DNA of 64,000 bases. It comes from Cyanidioschyzon merolae (lineage: Eukaryota). This document shows positions 1 to 10,199 of the stretch, piece after piece. How positions within the stretch are numbered: position 1 is the first letter of the stretch; every line of letters starts with the position of its first letter. The stretch lies in the NCBI GenBank assembly GCA_000091205.1, contig AP006500.2; one strand, given 5' to 3'. A program made the position numbers and the translations under genes. Under the pieces are notes generated by a model that was not told the DNA's origin, ran no database searches, and saw only the letters and a program-made list of their open reading frames with translations.

Positions 1-1663
1 AGCAACGGCGGTCCAAGACCAGCGGCCGCTAGCTCTGCATACAAGCTGTTCTCCCGGCGACGGTTAAAAAAGTCACCGGAGCCAAAGATTCGAACGAGAA
101 CCGCGGTGCCGGTAACTGTACTTGTACACCGGTACATTCGGTTCGTAACCCCACCCTGAACTCGCTCCACCGTGCAACACGAGGGCGCCCAGGCGTTATC
201 TGAGAAGAGCTGCCCAAGGACTAGCAGCACCTCACGTTCCTCTGCCTCGGTAGCTCGAGCGGCCTGCGTCGCCAGTTCCACGTCTCGTCGCTTGACTTCA
301 CCCCCCGCATCTTCAAGGGTTTGCAGCACCATTCTACGCACGGTGGCTAAGCATTCGCTTCAGAACAGCGATGCTCTGCCTGTTCTTATGCTCCGAGGCA
401 GTTCAACGTCTACTCGGCTATTGTGCTGGTCAACTCGAGCCGAGCCCTTACCGTTCAGGAAGATCCTGTGAACTGAGAAAACGATCTGAGACGTTGGGAA
501 ATTCTGCGCGCGGCGCCGACGCTGCGTTTCAGGCGAAGTCGCAGCAGCAGCAGCAGCCGTAGTAGTCGTAGTTTGCGGATCTCGATTGAACCATCGAAGC
601 TCGCATGGTCGTCAACAATGTCTACATCTGAGCAGCTGCAGTATTCGATAAATATCGAGTCTCAATGACGAATACATCTTACGATACCGCAGTTCCTTTT
701 CGTGACCGCAAAATCGAGGTTTTCTCTGCGCTGTATCGGCGGAGGCTGGTATTGCATCAGCTCAGAGGCTTCGCGCTCGGTGGCAACGGTTACGACAGAG
801 GGCAAGGAGAGGATCCGAACAGCCCATGCACGCTCCGGGAATGGTAGTCTTGCTTCATTGCAGCATAAAGCACCATCGTCTCACTGGTTGTTTCGGACTG
901 GGCAGCGTTGACGACACCTGCAGAAATGGACGGACGATCCAGACCGCCAGCGAAAAGAGCTTCGATCTGCGCACAGAGCCTCGTACTGCAGGGCATGATC
1001 GACCGAAAAGCAACCCACCTGCTCCGAGAATGGACCCGGGTTCGATTCATGTCCATCGCTAGAAAGCTGTTACGGATCGCGGTCCGCTCGTCATGCAATC
1101 GTTTCCGAGCTGATCGGCAGCTGAGCTGCGGGCGTACGCAAGGCCAGACTCCATCGCAACCTGTCGATACCGCCACGGACCGACGAGGCGCTTGCGGCAC
1201 CGTTGCAGGCGCTTTTACCAGCCTCGGCAGCCGCAGCATCGTTTGAACGGAGCACGATCTCCGAAGACAAACCTGGTTTGTGGTTCATTGAACGAAGACG
1301 TCTCGGAAGGCGGCGTGGCGGCCTCGCTGGATACCCATCATATCTCACGCACTCGTCGATGCCCGCGCCAGCGCATCGGTCCACCAGAATCATCAGCATT
1401 TGCAGCGCGTTGCATCTGACACGTATATAGGTATCAAACTGTCCATATCTATACAATACAGTAGCACTTGCATGGCGCCCCGGCACCGCACCACCCGCAT
1501 CGCTGGACGTGCCGCAAACGCCGCGTCGCGATCGCTCCCGCGATGCGCGATCGGGGCTGATGCGTGCACCACTGCTCCGCGCATCCATGCGGTTGCCGCG
1601 TACGCATTGCTTCTCGCACAACGACGAGAGACTTTGCTCCCGAGGGAGCTGCGCACGTAGGCA

Positions 1664-3199
1664 ATGACGTTCGTGACGCTACCACTCTGTGCAAGCAGAA
1701 GCGTTGTACCTAGCTTGAAGTGTGCTGCCTGTCGGCGCGGAAGTCGTTTAGGGCTTGGCGGCCGATTAAGGTCGAAGCTGCGTTCCTCCCCTGGCTCGTC
1801 GTCTCTGAGGTGCCTGCAACCTAACGGGACACCTAGTGCAGGGCACCAGGGAAATAAAGCAGGAAATGTGAACACTTTTGGTAAAACTGTTCTTGTTCTT
1901 GGGGGGGATGGATTTTGTGGCTGGCCGACCGCTCTCCATCTGTCAGATCTGGGGTACAGTGTCGTAATTGTCGACAACTTGTCGCGGCGCAAGATCGATA
2001 TCGAGCTGGAGTGCGAGTCCTTGACGCCTATTGCGGCACCGAGCGAGCGCATCGCTGTTTGGAATGCCTTGTCCGATCGCGAGATTCGCTTTGAGTTTAT
2101 GGACGTTGCTCATGAGTACTGGCATTTGTTGGAGCTCATCAAAAGGGAGCAACCCTGCGCTATCGTGCACTTTGCGGAACAGCGGGCTGCACCGTACAGC
2201 ATGAAAGGGAGCCGCCAGAAACGCTATACAGTTGATAACAATGTGAACGGCACCATGAGCGTGCTGACAGCGGTCGTGGAGTCCAACCTGGATATCCATG
2301 TTGTTCACCTGGGCACCATGGGCGTCTACGGCTACGGCTCCAGTGGCGGCAAGATTCCCGAAGGCTACCTCGATGTCGTGCTGCCCTCCGGAGAGCGCCG
2401 CTCGATCCTGCATCCAGCCTACCCGGGGAGTGTCTATCACGCCTCCAAGTGTCTCGATGCGCTGCTGTTTCAGTTCTTTGCAAGGAATGATGGGCTTCGC
2501 ATAACGGATCTGCATCAAGGCGTCGTTTGGGGCACGTTCACCCAGAATACCATGCGCCATGAGCTCTTAATGAATCGTTACGACTACGACTCCGATTACG
2601 GCACCGTGTTGAACCGCTTTTTAATGCAAGCTGCATGTGGGCTGCCTCTTACGGTTTACGGAAGTGGTGGGCAGACTCGAGCCTTTATTCATATTAGCGA
2701 TACGTGCAAGTGTATCGCACTTGCGCTAGCAAATCCGCCTAATCGCGGCGATCGTGTCAAGATCTACAACCAAGTCGCAGAGACACATCGCGTGCGCGAC
2801 CTCGCGGCTCTTGTCGCCCGGAAAACGGGCGCCAGTGTGCACCAAATTCCCAATCCTCGGAACGAGGCCTCCGAGAACGAACTCGATGTGAGCAACCAGA
2901 ATTTTCGTTCGCTTGGCTGGGACCCTGTCACACTGGAGGAGAGTCTGCTCGAGGAGGTGGTTGGTGTCGCGGAAAGATATCGGCATCGCATTCGCCGTGA
3001 CAAGGTCATGCCCAGCAGCTTCTGGAACCGGGAGCGAGAAGAGGCGTGTCGCGCGAATGCGACAAACTCGAGCGACGCACTAGCCGAGATATCGGCTGCG
3101 GCGAGTTCCGAGTGGCGTGATGAGGTGTTAAAGCAGCTGGCCAATGGTGACGACAAGAAACTCGAGCGTATGCGCTCGGCGCTGCGAGATGAACCCTAG
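1664..3199 (+). CDS. SQD1: UDP-sulfoquinovose synthase (SQD1), NAD-dependent epimerase/dehydratase family, with a Ser/Arg-rich N-terminal extension of about 70 aa (putative plastid transit peptide)
   Basis: ATG at 1664, TAG at 3197-3199. Rossmann motif VLVLGGDGFCGWPTALHLSDLGYSVVIVDNLSRRKID. The ORF is collinear with plant and cyanobacterial SQD1/SqdB over its whole length (HLGTMGVYGY, YHASKC catalytic YxxxK, VYGSGGQTRAF). The first ~70 residues have no homologous counterpart and are rich in S, R, L, G. Confidence 0.85.
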   Translation: MTFVTLPLCASRSVVPSLKCAACRRGSRLGLGGRLRSKLRSSPGSSSLRCLQPNGTPSAGHQGNKAGNVNTFGKTVLVLGGDGFCGWPTALHLSDLGYSVVIVDNLSRRKIDIELECESLTPIAAPSERIAVWNALSDREIRFEFMDVAHEYWHLLELIKREQPCAIVHFAEQRAAPYSMKGSRQKRYTVDNNVNGTMSVLTAVVESNLDIHVVHLGTMGVYGYGSSGGKIPEGYLDVVLPSGERRSILHPAYPGSVYHASKCLDALLFQFFARNDGLRITDLHQGVVWGTFTQNTMRHELLMNRYDYDSDYGTVLNRFLMQAACGLPLTVYGSGGQTRAFIHISDTCKCIALALANPPNRGDRVKIYNQVAETHRVRDLAALVARKTGASVHQIPNPRNEASENELDVSNQNFRSLGWDPVTLEESLLEEVVGVAERYRHRIRRDKVMPSSFWNREREEACRANATNSSDALAEISAAASSEWRDEVLKQLANGDDKKLERMRSALRDEP

Positions 3200-4789
3200 A
3201 GCAGTTTACGCAGGTGGCTTGTTACCAAGGTCGCTCCGATCATGCGCTTGCGTGTCGCCAAGCGACGCTAGCAGAAAAGTGCGAATATAGAAACCACATG
3301 ACGTGCGGCCTTCCATTCGGATGAAAACGCTGTCCGAGAGACCGCATCCCAGATATAAGTTGTACCGCAAGGGCTACAAAAAGTAAGTCTAAAGCAACGC
3401 CTGAATCCTGAGACAATAGCATTCGACTCGATCGTTCGCGAAATGGGTATCGCGGACCCATCTGAGCGCATCTACCCAGGACGTGCGGATCCGCACCTGA
3501 GGCCGTCGATGGATAGGATCCACCGTTTAAAGCGCGCTGTTCGCCACGGAAAACCCTACAGCCACCAAGCCAGTTGCCGTGAAGCTCCTCAATGCATCGG
3601 CCAATGCTTCTTCCGACACGGCATTTCCATTGCATGCATATTCAAATCGTACCTGGTACGCGTCTATGTGATCAGCGTATACGTAGCAGCCAGCTGAGAC
3701 GCAGTCGACACCCGCTCCGTTTCCTAAGCTTTCCGAGTAAATATTAAAACTCGTACTGGAAAGAGCCACTGCGCAGACGCAGCCGTCAAGGCGAAGCTCG
3801 CTGATGGAAGCGTCTGTGGAGACATGCGGCATGCCAAGTGCACACGAGTCCCGTTAACCTTTATCAGAAGTGCGTGGGCTTCGTTCCTCAGCGAAGCTGG
3901 TTCAGATACAGGTATTTGAAATAAGATCAGCGCTGAACACTCTGCAGATTGCCAAACCCTAAAAACGCTGTGACACCAAGTACGAAAGAGGCCGCGAACG
4001 TGCCCCACTCGAAAGCACGTCGGGCAAGGCGAAGCTGCGTCTTCCTCGGTTAGAGCAAACGGCGCTTCGGCTCGACACTCGTTCGGCCATAGCGCTGTCC
4101 ACCACGAGCAGCAGAGGCAGCTGCGGTGCAAGGACCGTCGTAGCTGCCACGGAAGTGCTGCAACAGCGCTCACCGAAGCAGCGCACGACTCCGAGTCCGT
4201 CGCGGGGTGGTTCATGAAAACCTGCCCTCGGACTAGGTCTGTCTAGCTACGTACCAACGCCTGTCATGATAGTACGACACCAACTCACATCATCGAAACG
4301 ACAACTCGGGGCAGTATACGCAACACTTGTGGCGCAGTAGAGGCTCGTGTAAAACGGTTTTTAATGCACCTGCTGTTGCCAGCTGTGTCGCCAGCAACTA
4401 AGCTTGCGCTCTGCCGGCTCGCGGGGGTATTTTTGATTACCGGAACATTGACAAGGACACGGAATCCCGCTTTACGTGAGGAAGAGCGGCAATCAAGGAT
4501 CATGCTGCGTATCTTTCTATCAACGGAATGTTTGCAATGACGCGGAATACCTGGTCGCGCGATGGACACCGGTCTCCGGGAAAACCATCCAAAACGCCAC
4601 ACCATACCGGCAAGTTCCAGTGGGCAATACCCTCGCTTCCCGTTAGTCATTCTGGTCACTTGCGACCGATCCACCGCAGGCGCTTTCTCGTCGACGCAAT
4701 GAACAATGCTGCTGCTGCCTTGCACGCGAAGCCGGGCGACTCGAATTGCACACTATCGCTGCAGGCAACGCATCCGTTGGAGCTCCGCA

Positions 4790-5455
4790 TGCAGATACCA
4801 GTATGAAGAGGCGCGAAAAGTCATTCCAGGAACCGGCCTTGAATACCCGAACATCCACCATACCAGAATGAAGAGGCACGAAAAGTCAGAATGGTAGTGT
4901 GCCCTATGTACCCGAACATCCACCACACCAGATTGAAGAGGCACGAAAAGTCAGAATGGTTATGTGCACTACGCACCCGAACATCCACCATACCAGTATG
5001 AAGAGGCACGAAAAGTCATTCCAGGAACCGGCCTTGAATACCCGAACATCCACCATACCAGAATGAAGAGGCACGAAAAGTCAGAATGGTTATGTGCACT
5101 ACGCACCCGAACATCCACCATACCAGTATGAAGAGGCACGAAAAGTCATTCCAGGAACCGGCCTTGAATACCCGAACATCCACCGATACCAGAGTGAAGA
5201 GGCACGAAAAGTCAGAATGGTTATGTGCACTACGCACCCGAACATCCACCATACCAGTATGAAGAGGCACGAAAAGTCATTCCAGGAACCGGCCTTGAAT
5301 ACCCGAACATCCACCGATACCAGAGTGAAGAGGCACGAAAAGTCAGAATGGTTATGTGCACTACGCACCCGAACATCCACCATACCAGTATGAAGAGGCA
5401 CGAAAAGTCATTCCAGGAACCGGCCTTGAATACCCGAACATCCACCGATACCGAA
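4790..5455. repeat. Tandem array with higher-order structure: 130-131 bp unit made of two alternating 65-66 bp subunits sharing the core atgaagaggcacgaaaagtca, about 10 subunits, ending at the G6PD start codon
   Basis: Direct reading: ccagtatgaagaggcacgaaaagtcattccaggaaccggccttgaatacccgaacatccaccatac alternates with cagaatgaagaggcacgaaaagtcagaatggttatgtgcactacgcacccgaacatccaccatac. The 131-bp unit starts at about 4993, 5123, 5254 and 5384, with a variant copy from about 4798. Confidence 0.9.
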
Positions 5456-7369
5456 ATGCAGCGCGACGCGTCCAGGAAAAAATCGCGGCGATATCGAGGC
5501 ATCCGTTGCGTACAAGCAGGTGGAGGTCGCTCTCCAGGAACGATGTTCGTAGCTTTACCAAGTGTGCTGTTCACCAGCAAACCCTCAAGGATACGTACTG
5601 TTAAGATTGAAAAGCGTAGAACGTTATTTGCCTGCGACAGGGCGAAAGCAGGCACCGATGGGAACGCTAGCAACGCTGCGGCGTCAGCACCGAAACCCTC
5701 TGCTGCGAGCAGCGGGCGATCTGCTGGTACTGCAGCTCGAGACCAGGTAACGATCAGTGCCCAGACGAGTTCGTCAAACTCGCGGACGATAGATCGAAGC
5801 ACCGATTCATCGCAAACAGTACAGGTTGCGTCCATGTTTGACTCGATGACGAAGCGCCGTGAGGCTGCTCGCCGCGAGGCGCTGAGCATCGTCGTGCTGG
5901 GCGCGTCCGGGGATCTGGCCCGCAAGAAGACGCTCCCGGCGCTTTTCTCACTCTACTACCACGATCTGCTGCCGAGCGACTTTTATGTGGTCGGCTACGC
6001 ACGATCAAACATGACGAGCGAGGCGTTCCGGAACACGATCAAGTCAAGTTTGACCTGCCGCGTTATCGAAGGCCCCGAGTGCGCACGCAAAATGGAGCAT
6101 TTCCTCTCGCGTTGTTTCTACGTTTCCGGAACTTATCATGAAACTACTGCATTCCGAACGCTGGACGAGTTTCTCGTGAACGAGTTTGAGAAAGAGCGCT
6201 GGAATCGCGGGGTTCCGACCAATCGCCTCTACTACTTGGCGATTCCTTCCAACGTCTTCGCTGAGGCCTGTCGCGGCATCGCCCATGCCCACACCAAGCC
6301 TCCGGAGTCGACCAAGGGCTGGATGCGGGTCGTCTTGGAGAAACCGTTCGGGAGAGATCTGGATACCTTCCAGACCCTGCACCAGGAACTGCAATTGTAC
6401 ATTAGCGAGGAACAAACCTTCCGCATTGACCATTACTTGGGCAAGGAGCTCGTTCAGAACGTGCTGGCGCTGCGCTTTGCGAATTATTTTTTGGAGCCTC
6501 TCTGGAACAACCAACACATCCAATCTATCCAGGTGACGTTCAAGGAGAACTTTGGTGTCGAGGGACGCGCTGGCTACTTTGACCAGTACGGAATCATCCG
6601 CGACATCATGCAGAATCACCTGCTGCAAATGGTGGCGCTCTTTACGATGGAACAGCCGGCTTCTTTGAACGCCGAAGATATTCGTGACGAGAAAGTGAAA
6701 GTCTTGCGCAGTTTGGAAACGCTACGTGCTACAGATTTCGTCATCGGGCAGTATATGGGGTATCGGGAGGAAGACGGCGTTCGTCCGGGCTCCAAGACGC
6801 CTACGTTTGCAGCGTGTCGGATGAACATTCGAAACCGACGCTGGGACGGTGTACCGATCCTGGTCAAAGCGGGGAAGCATTTGGATGAACGCCTCGCGGA
6901 AGTGCGTGTCACGTTCCGCAGTGTGCCTGGTAGTATTTTCTCGCTTGCGAATACCCTGCCGAACAATGAGCTTGTTGTTCGCGTTCAGCCCGACGAAGCC
7001 ATTTATCTTCGCATCGTCAGCAAATCCCCGGGGTTGACCTCTCGCCTAGAAGAGGCGCGTCTGACGCTATTCTACCGGACGGCCTGGGAAGAAGCGCACG
7101 ACATTCCCGATGCCTACGAGCGCCTCATCTTGGACGTCATCTATGGTGACAAATCGCTCTTCATACGAAGCGATGAATTAAAAGTCGCCTGGGAGAAGTT
7201 TACGCCGGCGCTTCACGAACTCGAGCAGAGCGACCGCTATCGACCGGTACCGTACGTAGCGGGCAGTCGCGGCCCTGCCGAAGCCGACTACCTTGCCGCG
7301 CGCTACGGATGCGTTTGGGCCAGCGACCTTGACATTGGCGGCAAGCGACTGCAAAGCAAGGTGCCGTAA
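5456..7369 (+). CDS. G6PD: Glucose-6-phosphate 1-dehydrogenase, plastidic redox-regulated type (C-x7-C regulatory cysteine pair), with an N-terminal presequence
   Basis: The track ORF 5225-7369 runs back through the tandem repeat, so I take the first ATG after the repeat (5456, MQRDAS) as the start; ATGs at 5543 (MFVALPSVLF) and 5834 (MFDSM) are alternatives. Dinucleotide-binding motif VVLGASGDLARKKTLPALF, active-site RIDHYLGKE, EKPFGRD. LTCRVIEGPECARKMEHFLSRCFY matches the thioredoxin-regulated cysteine pair of plant plastidic G6PD (LTCRIDKRENCGxKMEQFLKRCFY). TAA at 7367-7369. Confidence 0.85.
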   Translation: MQRDASRKKSRRYRGIRCVQAGGGRSPGTMFVALPSVLFTSKPSRIRTVKIEKRRTLFACDRAKAGTDGNASNAAASAPKPSAASSGRSAGTAARDQVTISAQTSSSNSRTIDRSTDSSQTVQVASMFDSMTKRREAARREALSIVVLGASGDLARKKTLPALFSLYYHDLLPSDFYVVGYARSNMTSEAFRNTIKSSLTCRVIEGPECARKMEHFLSRCFYVSGTYHETTAFRTLDEFLVNEFEKERWNRGVPTNRLYYLAIPSNVFAEACRGIAHAHTKPPESTKGWMRVVLEKPFGRDLDTFQTLHQELQLYISEEQTFRIDHYLGKELVQNVLALRFANYFLEPLWNNQHIQSIQVTFKENFGVEGRAGYFDQYGIIRDIMQNHLLQMVALFTMEQPASLNAEDIRDEKVKVLRSLETLRATDFVIGQYMGYREEDGVRPGSKTPTFAACRMNIRNRRWDGVPILVKAGKHLDERLAEVRVTFRSVPGSIFSLANTLPNNELVVRVQPDEAIYLRIVSKSPGLTSRLEEARLTLFYRTAWEEAHDIPDAYERLILDVIYGDKSLFIRSDELKVAWEKFTPALHELEQSDRYRPVPYVAGSRGPAEADYLAARYGCVWASDLDIGGKRLQSKVP

Positions 7370-7973
7370 AAACCAGACAGTCCGACTTCCGCCTAGTCTG
7401 GATCGGAGGAGTTTCCAGATGCCCTGGCGATTCCCGAATCCCGGTCGGCGCCTACGAAGCCTACCATCAAGCCGGGCATGCACCGCGAGTAGTCGACGCG
7501 CACAACGCGCTCTACGAAAATCCAAAAGCTCGCGGCACCAGCACTTTACAGCCACAAAACTTGTCTCATGAAAGCGGCGAATAAAACCTCTGTCATCGTC
7601 ATCTGTGAATGTACGGGTGAGGCATCGCGGATCGCGCAGCACAGAACACCTCCACGAGATACACCAGTGAATCGTCGCGATAGCACGTCCGGCTGTGATC
7701 TTTTCGGATACACACACAAGACATGCACTGATGGATTCGCTCAGCGGATACCGCTCGACATGCAATGCCCAGTGCCTGCATCCATTCGTGAACGACGCTC
7801 ACACCTGCACTACGCAACAAGCATCAGCGAGACTTGCGATTCGCCACGCAAAGGATGTACCCGCATTGCCGAAATCGTAGCCGCTATCAAAGTGCAGCGT
7901 TCAACGCATGAAAAACGACTCCGCAATTCCAGTCTATCCTTTTGCTGCATCAACAGTCTCGTTTCGGAAGCGA

Positions 7974-9527
7974 TCAAGCAGGTTTGAAGAATGCCCGAGC
8001 GAGCTGGCGGCGCAGCCAGCGCAGCCACGAGAGCGATCGCGGCAAGCCGAGGCCTCCAAGTGCTCGGAAACGAAAATTGTTCATCGCTCGATTGTACTGC
8101 ACATTGCGGATCCAGGCGGTTGCAGCACACCAACTCCAGCGCTCCGCCTCGCGACGAGCAGCGTCGCCCATCCGTTTGCGCATGACGGCATCGCCGAGTA
8201 GGGCACATACATAGGTTGCAGCCTCGCTGGTGTTGCCCTTGGTGTACAGAAATCCTGTCTCGCCGTGAACAATCAGATCGGGGATACCGCCAGCTGCTGT
8301 GGCAACTACAGGCACACCCGATGCCATGGCCTCCAGTACCACAAACCCAAGGGTTTCGCTCTCTGAGGGCATCACAAATACGTCGGCACAGGCGAATGCT
8401 CGCGATAAATCATCGCCGTGTAGTTGTCCGGTCATGACCACGGGCAGACCTGCGAAATGTCGCCGTACCGTCTCGGCGTACGGTCCGTCACCGACGAAAG
8501 CGAGTCGCGTTCCGGGTGGACAACAGGTGAGGATCCGCTTCAAACTCAGCAGATTCTTCTCGGCACCGAGTCGCCCGATGTAAACCAGCAGCGGCGCGGT
8601 AGGATGGCCATCTGTGAGCCGCGCCCGCATCGCACCACCATCATCGTTGCGGAAACGCGGATGGAAGCGCTCCGTGTTGATGCCTTTTCGCCAGAGGTCC
8701 ACGCGCTCGATGCCGTGTTGTCGAAGTTCTGCGCATATCTGTGGAGACGTCGCCAGCGTCAGGTCTGCGCGATTCAAACAGAAACGCATGAGTGTCCACG
8801 CCAGTCCTATGAGAATCCCTAACCCATAAGTTTTCGCATACATTGGTAGATGTGTGTGATACGATGCAACAAGTGGCTTGCGCAGAACACGCGCCATGAG
8901 AAGGATGGCAAATACCAGGAATCCGGGTGTTGCCAAGTGGATGAGGTCAGGATCGAACTCGCGAACGCGCTGCAGCAAACTGCGCCTTCCGAAAACCATG
9001 CCACTACCAAAGCCGATTGAGAGCGTAATGCGTGGATAGAGTGCAAACTTGAAACCCCGGATGGTTATAACCGGATAACCGAACACTTCTTGCGGTGCGT
9101 CCGGCGAGTTATCGGGGGTTATGATCAATACCTCGTCGCCGGCCTCTTTCAAATACCGTAATAGCTCATTAAAACGATTCGAATACCCGGACACGTGCGT
9201 GAACGGCGTCGGTTCAACCACGAGACACACTCGACGCCGAGGCGCGCGCCGCAGGTCAACGAGGTTCGGGTCATCGCCCGACGTCGGCTGCGGGTACACG
9301 GGACCAGTGGCGACACTCGCCAGTGCGAACGCGCAGCTCGTCCGCGGTACACCCGGTGCCCGCAGCCGGACTGGCGCATAGCGTCGCCTCAAGAGAGCAA
9401 CCTCTAAGGGACACAGCTGCGAGCCGTTTGATGGCGCGCTCTGCCGCCTCAACGTCCGCGCGCACGCGAAAGCGCCAGTGTCCCCGTTGTTAACGCCCAG
9501 GAATGCCGCTGTTCGACCAGTGAACAT
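7974..9527 (-). CDS. SQD2: Sulfoquinovosyldiacylglycerol synthase (SQD2), GT4 glycosyltransferase, with an N-terminal presequence of about 95 aa
   Basis: ATG at 9527 (reverse complement of cat at 9525-9527). Strong collinear identity to plant SQD2: VVEPTPFTHVSGYSNRFNELLRYLKEAGDEV, DLIHLATPGFLVFAILLMAR, SYHTHLPMYA, FVGDGPY, ADVFVMPSESETLGFVVLEAMASGVPVVATAAGGIPDL, and the GT4 EX7E region. The N-terminus is Arg/Ala/Pro-rich. Confidence 0.85.
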   Translation of the reverse strand: MFTGRTAAFLGVNNGDTGAFACARTLRRQSAPSNGSQLCPLEVALLRRRYAPVRLRAPGVPRTSCAFALASVATGPVYPQPTSGDDPNLVDLRRAPRRRVCLVVEPTPFTHVSGYSNRFNELLRYLKEAGDEVLIITPDNSPDAPQEVFGYPVITIRGFKFALYPRITLSIGFGSGMVFGRRSLLQRVREFDPDLIHLATPGFLVFAILLMARVLRKPLVASYHTHLPMYAKTYGLGILIGLAWTLMRFCLNRADLTLATSPQICAELRQHGIERVDLWRKGINTERFHPRFRNDDGGAMRARLTDGHPTAPLLVYIGRLGAEKNLLSLKRILTCCPPGTRLAFVGDGPYAETVRRHFAGLPVVMTGQLHGDDLSRAFACADVFVMPSESETLGFVVLEAMASGVPVVATAAGGIPDLIVHGETGFLYTKGNTSEAATYVCALLGDAVMRKRMGDAARREAERWSWCAATAWIRNVQYNRAMNNFRFRALGGLGLPRSLSWLRWLRRQLARAFFKPA

Positions 9528-10199
9528 TCACCGCCACCAACACCAACACCAGCTGAAGCAACGATACCAACAACAGTTCTATAGTCTGCACGAGAGCGAC
9601 TCTACCTGTCTGTAGCCTCCTTGTGTTGAAGGGTACGCGTTAGCGCCCGTTGGGCCGCCACCGCATCGGCAACGCGCCCCAAGCGTGAGGGCTTGTCCAG
9701 CGAATTACATGCCCACAACACCGCGGCTGCAGGCGATGCGCATCGAATCTTGCTGCCGATGCGCTGTCATATTTTGTTCGATAACGAAATTCGTTTATAT
9801 CGACGCTGGATCCTAGATTGCGGGATGGGTATTCGTAATCGCAAAAGCATCCATTATGATGCAGTTACCCCCAAGTTCCATTATTCGTACTTCATTTCGG
9901 ATATGCTGGTCGGTTTGCACGTTCAGTCGTGCACCTAACCTGCCCTGATCGTCCGCGATAGCGCCTATACCGCTGGAGCAGATCTTTCATAGAGGCAGAG
10001 CGGCGTTGCGATTCCACTGAGGGTAATGGCTCGAGGCGCGGCTCACCGTACACGGAATCGGAGTAGCGAATCATTCTGGGCGCCTGCGAGCCGCGCAGAG
10101 AGACGTACTTTCTGCGACAGCGCGAAGCGATATACTAAGAGTCCACCGCTACCGAGGCGACACCAAGACGCAGCCTAACTGCCCCTAATCCCAGAACAA

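Noticed and set aside
1020-1060. B-box-like ccgggttcgattcatg suggesting a tRNA gene
   Set aside because: Flanking sequence cannot be folded into acceptor, D or anticodon arms, and the T-stem does not pair. It is more likely a chance match inside an unassigned ORF region.
1-1660. Several overlapping 60-220-codon ORFs on both strands (172-471, 790-1239, 1091-1621, 1393-2052)
   Set aside because: No motif or homolog recognisable and they are mutually overlapping. They could be part of a gene truncated by the window edge, but I cannot support a call.
5016-5455. ORFs 5094-5393 (+), 5099-5401 (-), 5016-5270 (-) and the 5225-5455 N-terminal extension of G6PD
   Set aside because: All lie inside the 131-bp higher-order repeat. 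The G6PD homology begins only after the array, so the start was moved to ATG 5456.
4790-5455. Considered whether the regular repeat arrays (here, 28600-29810 and 53105-53830) could be CRISPR arrays
   Set aside because: Units are 65-175 bp with no unique spacers alternating with short repeats, there are no cas genes, and the context is eukaryotic nuclear DNA.
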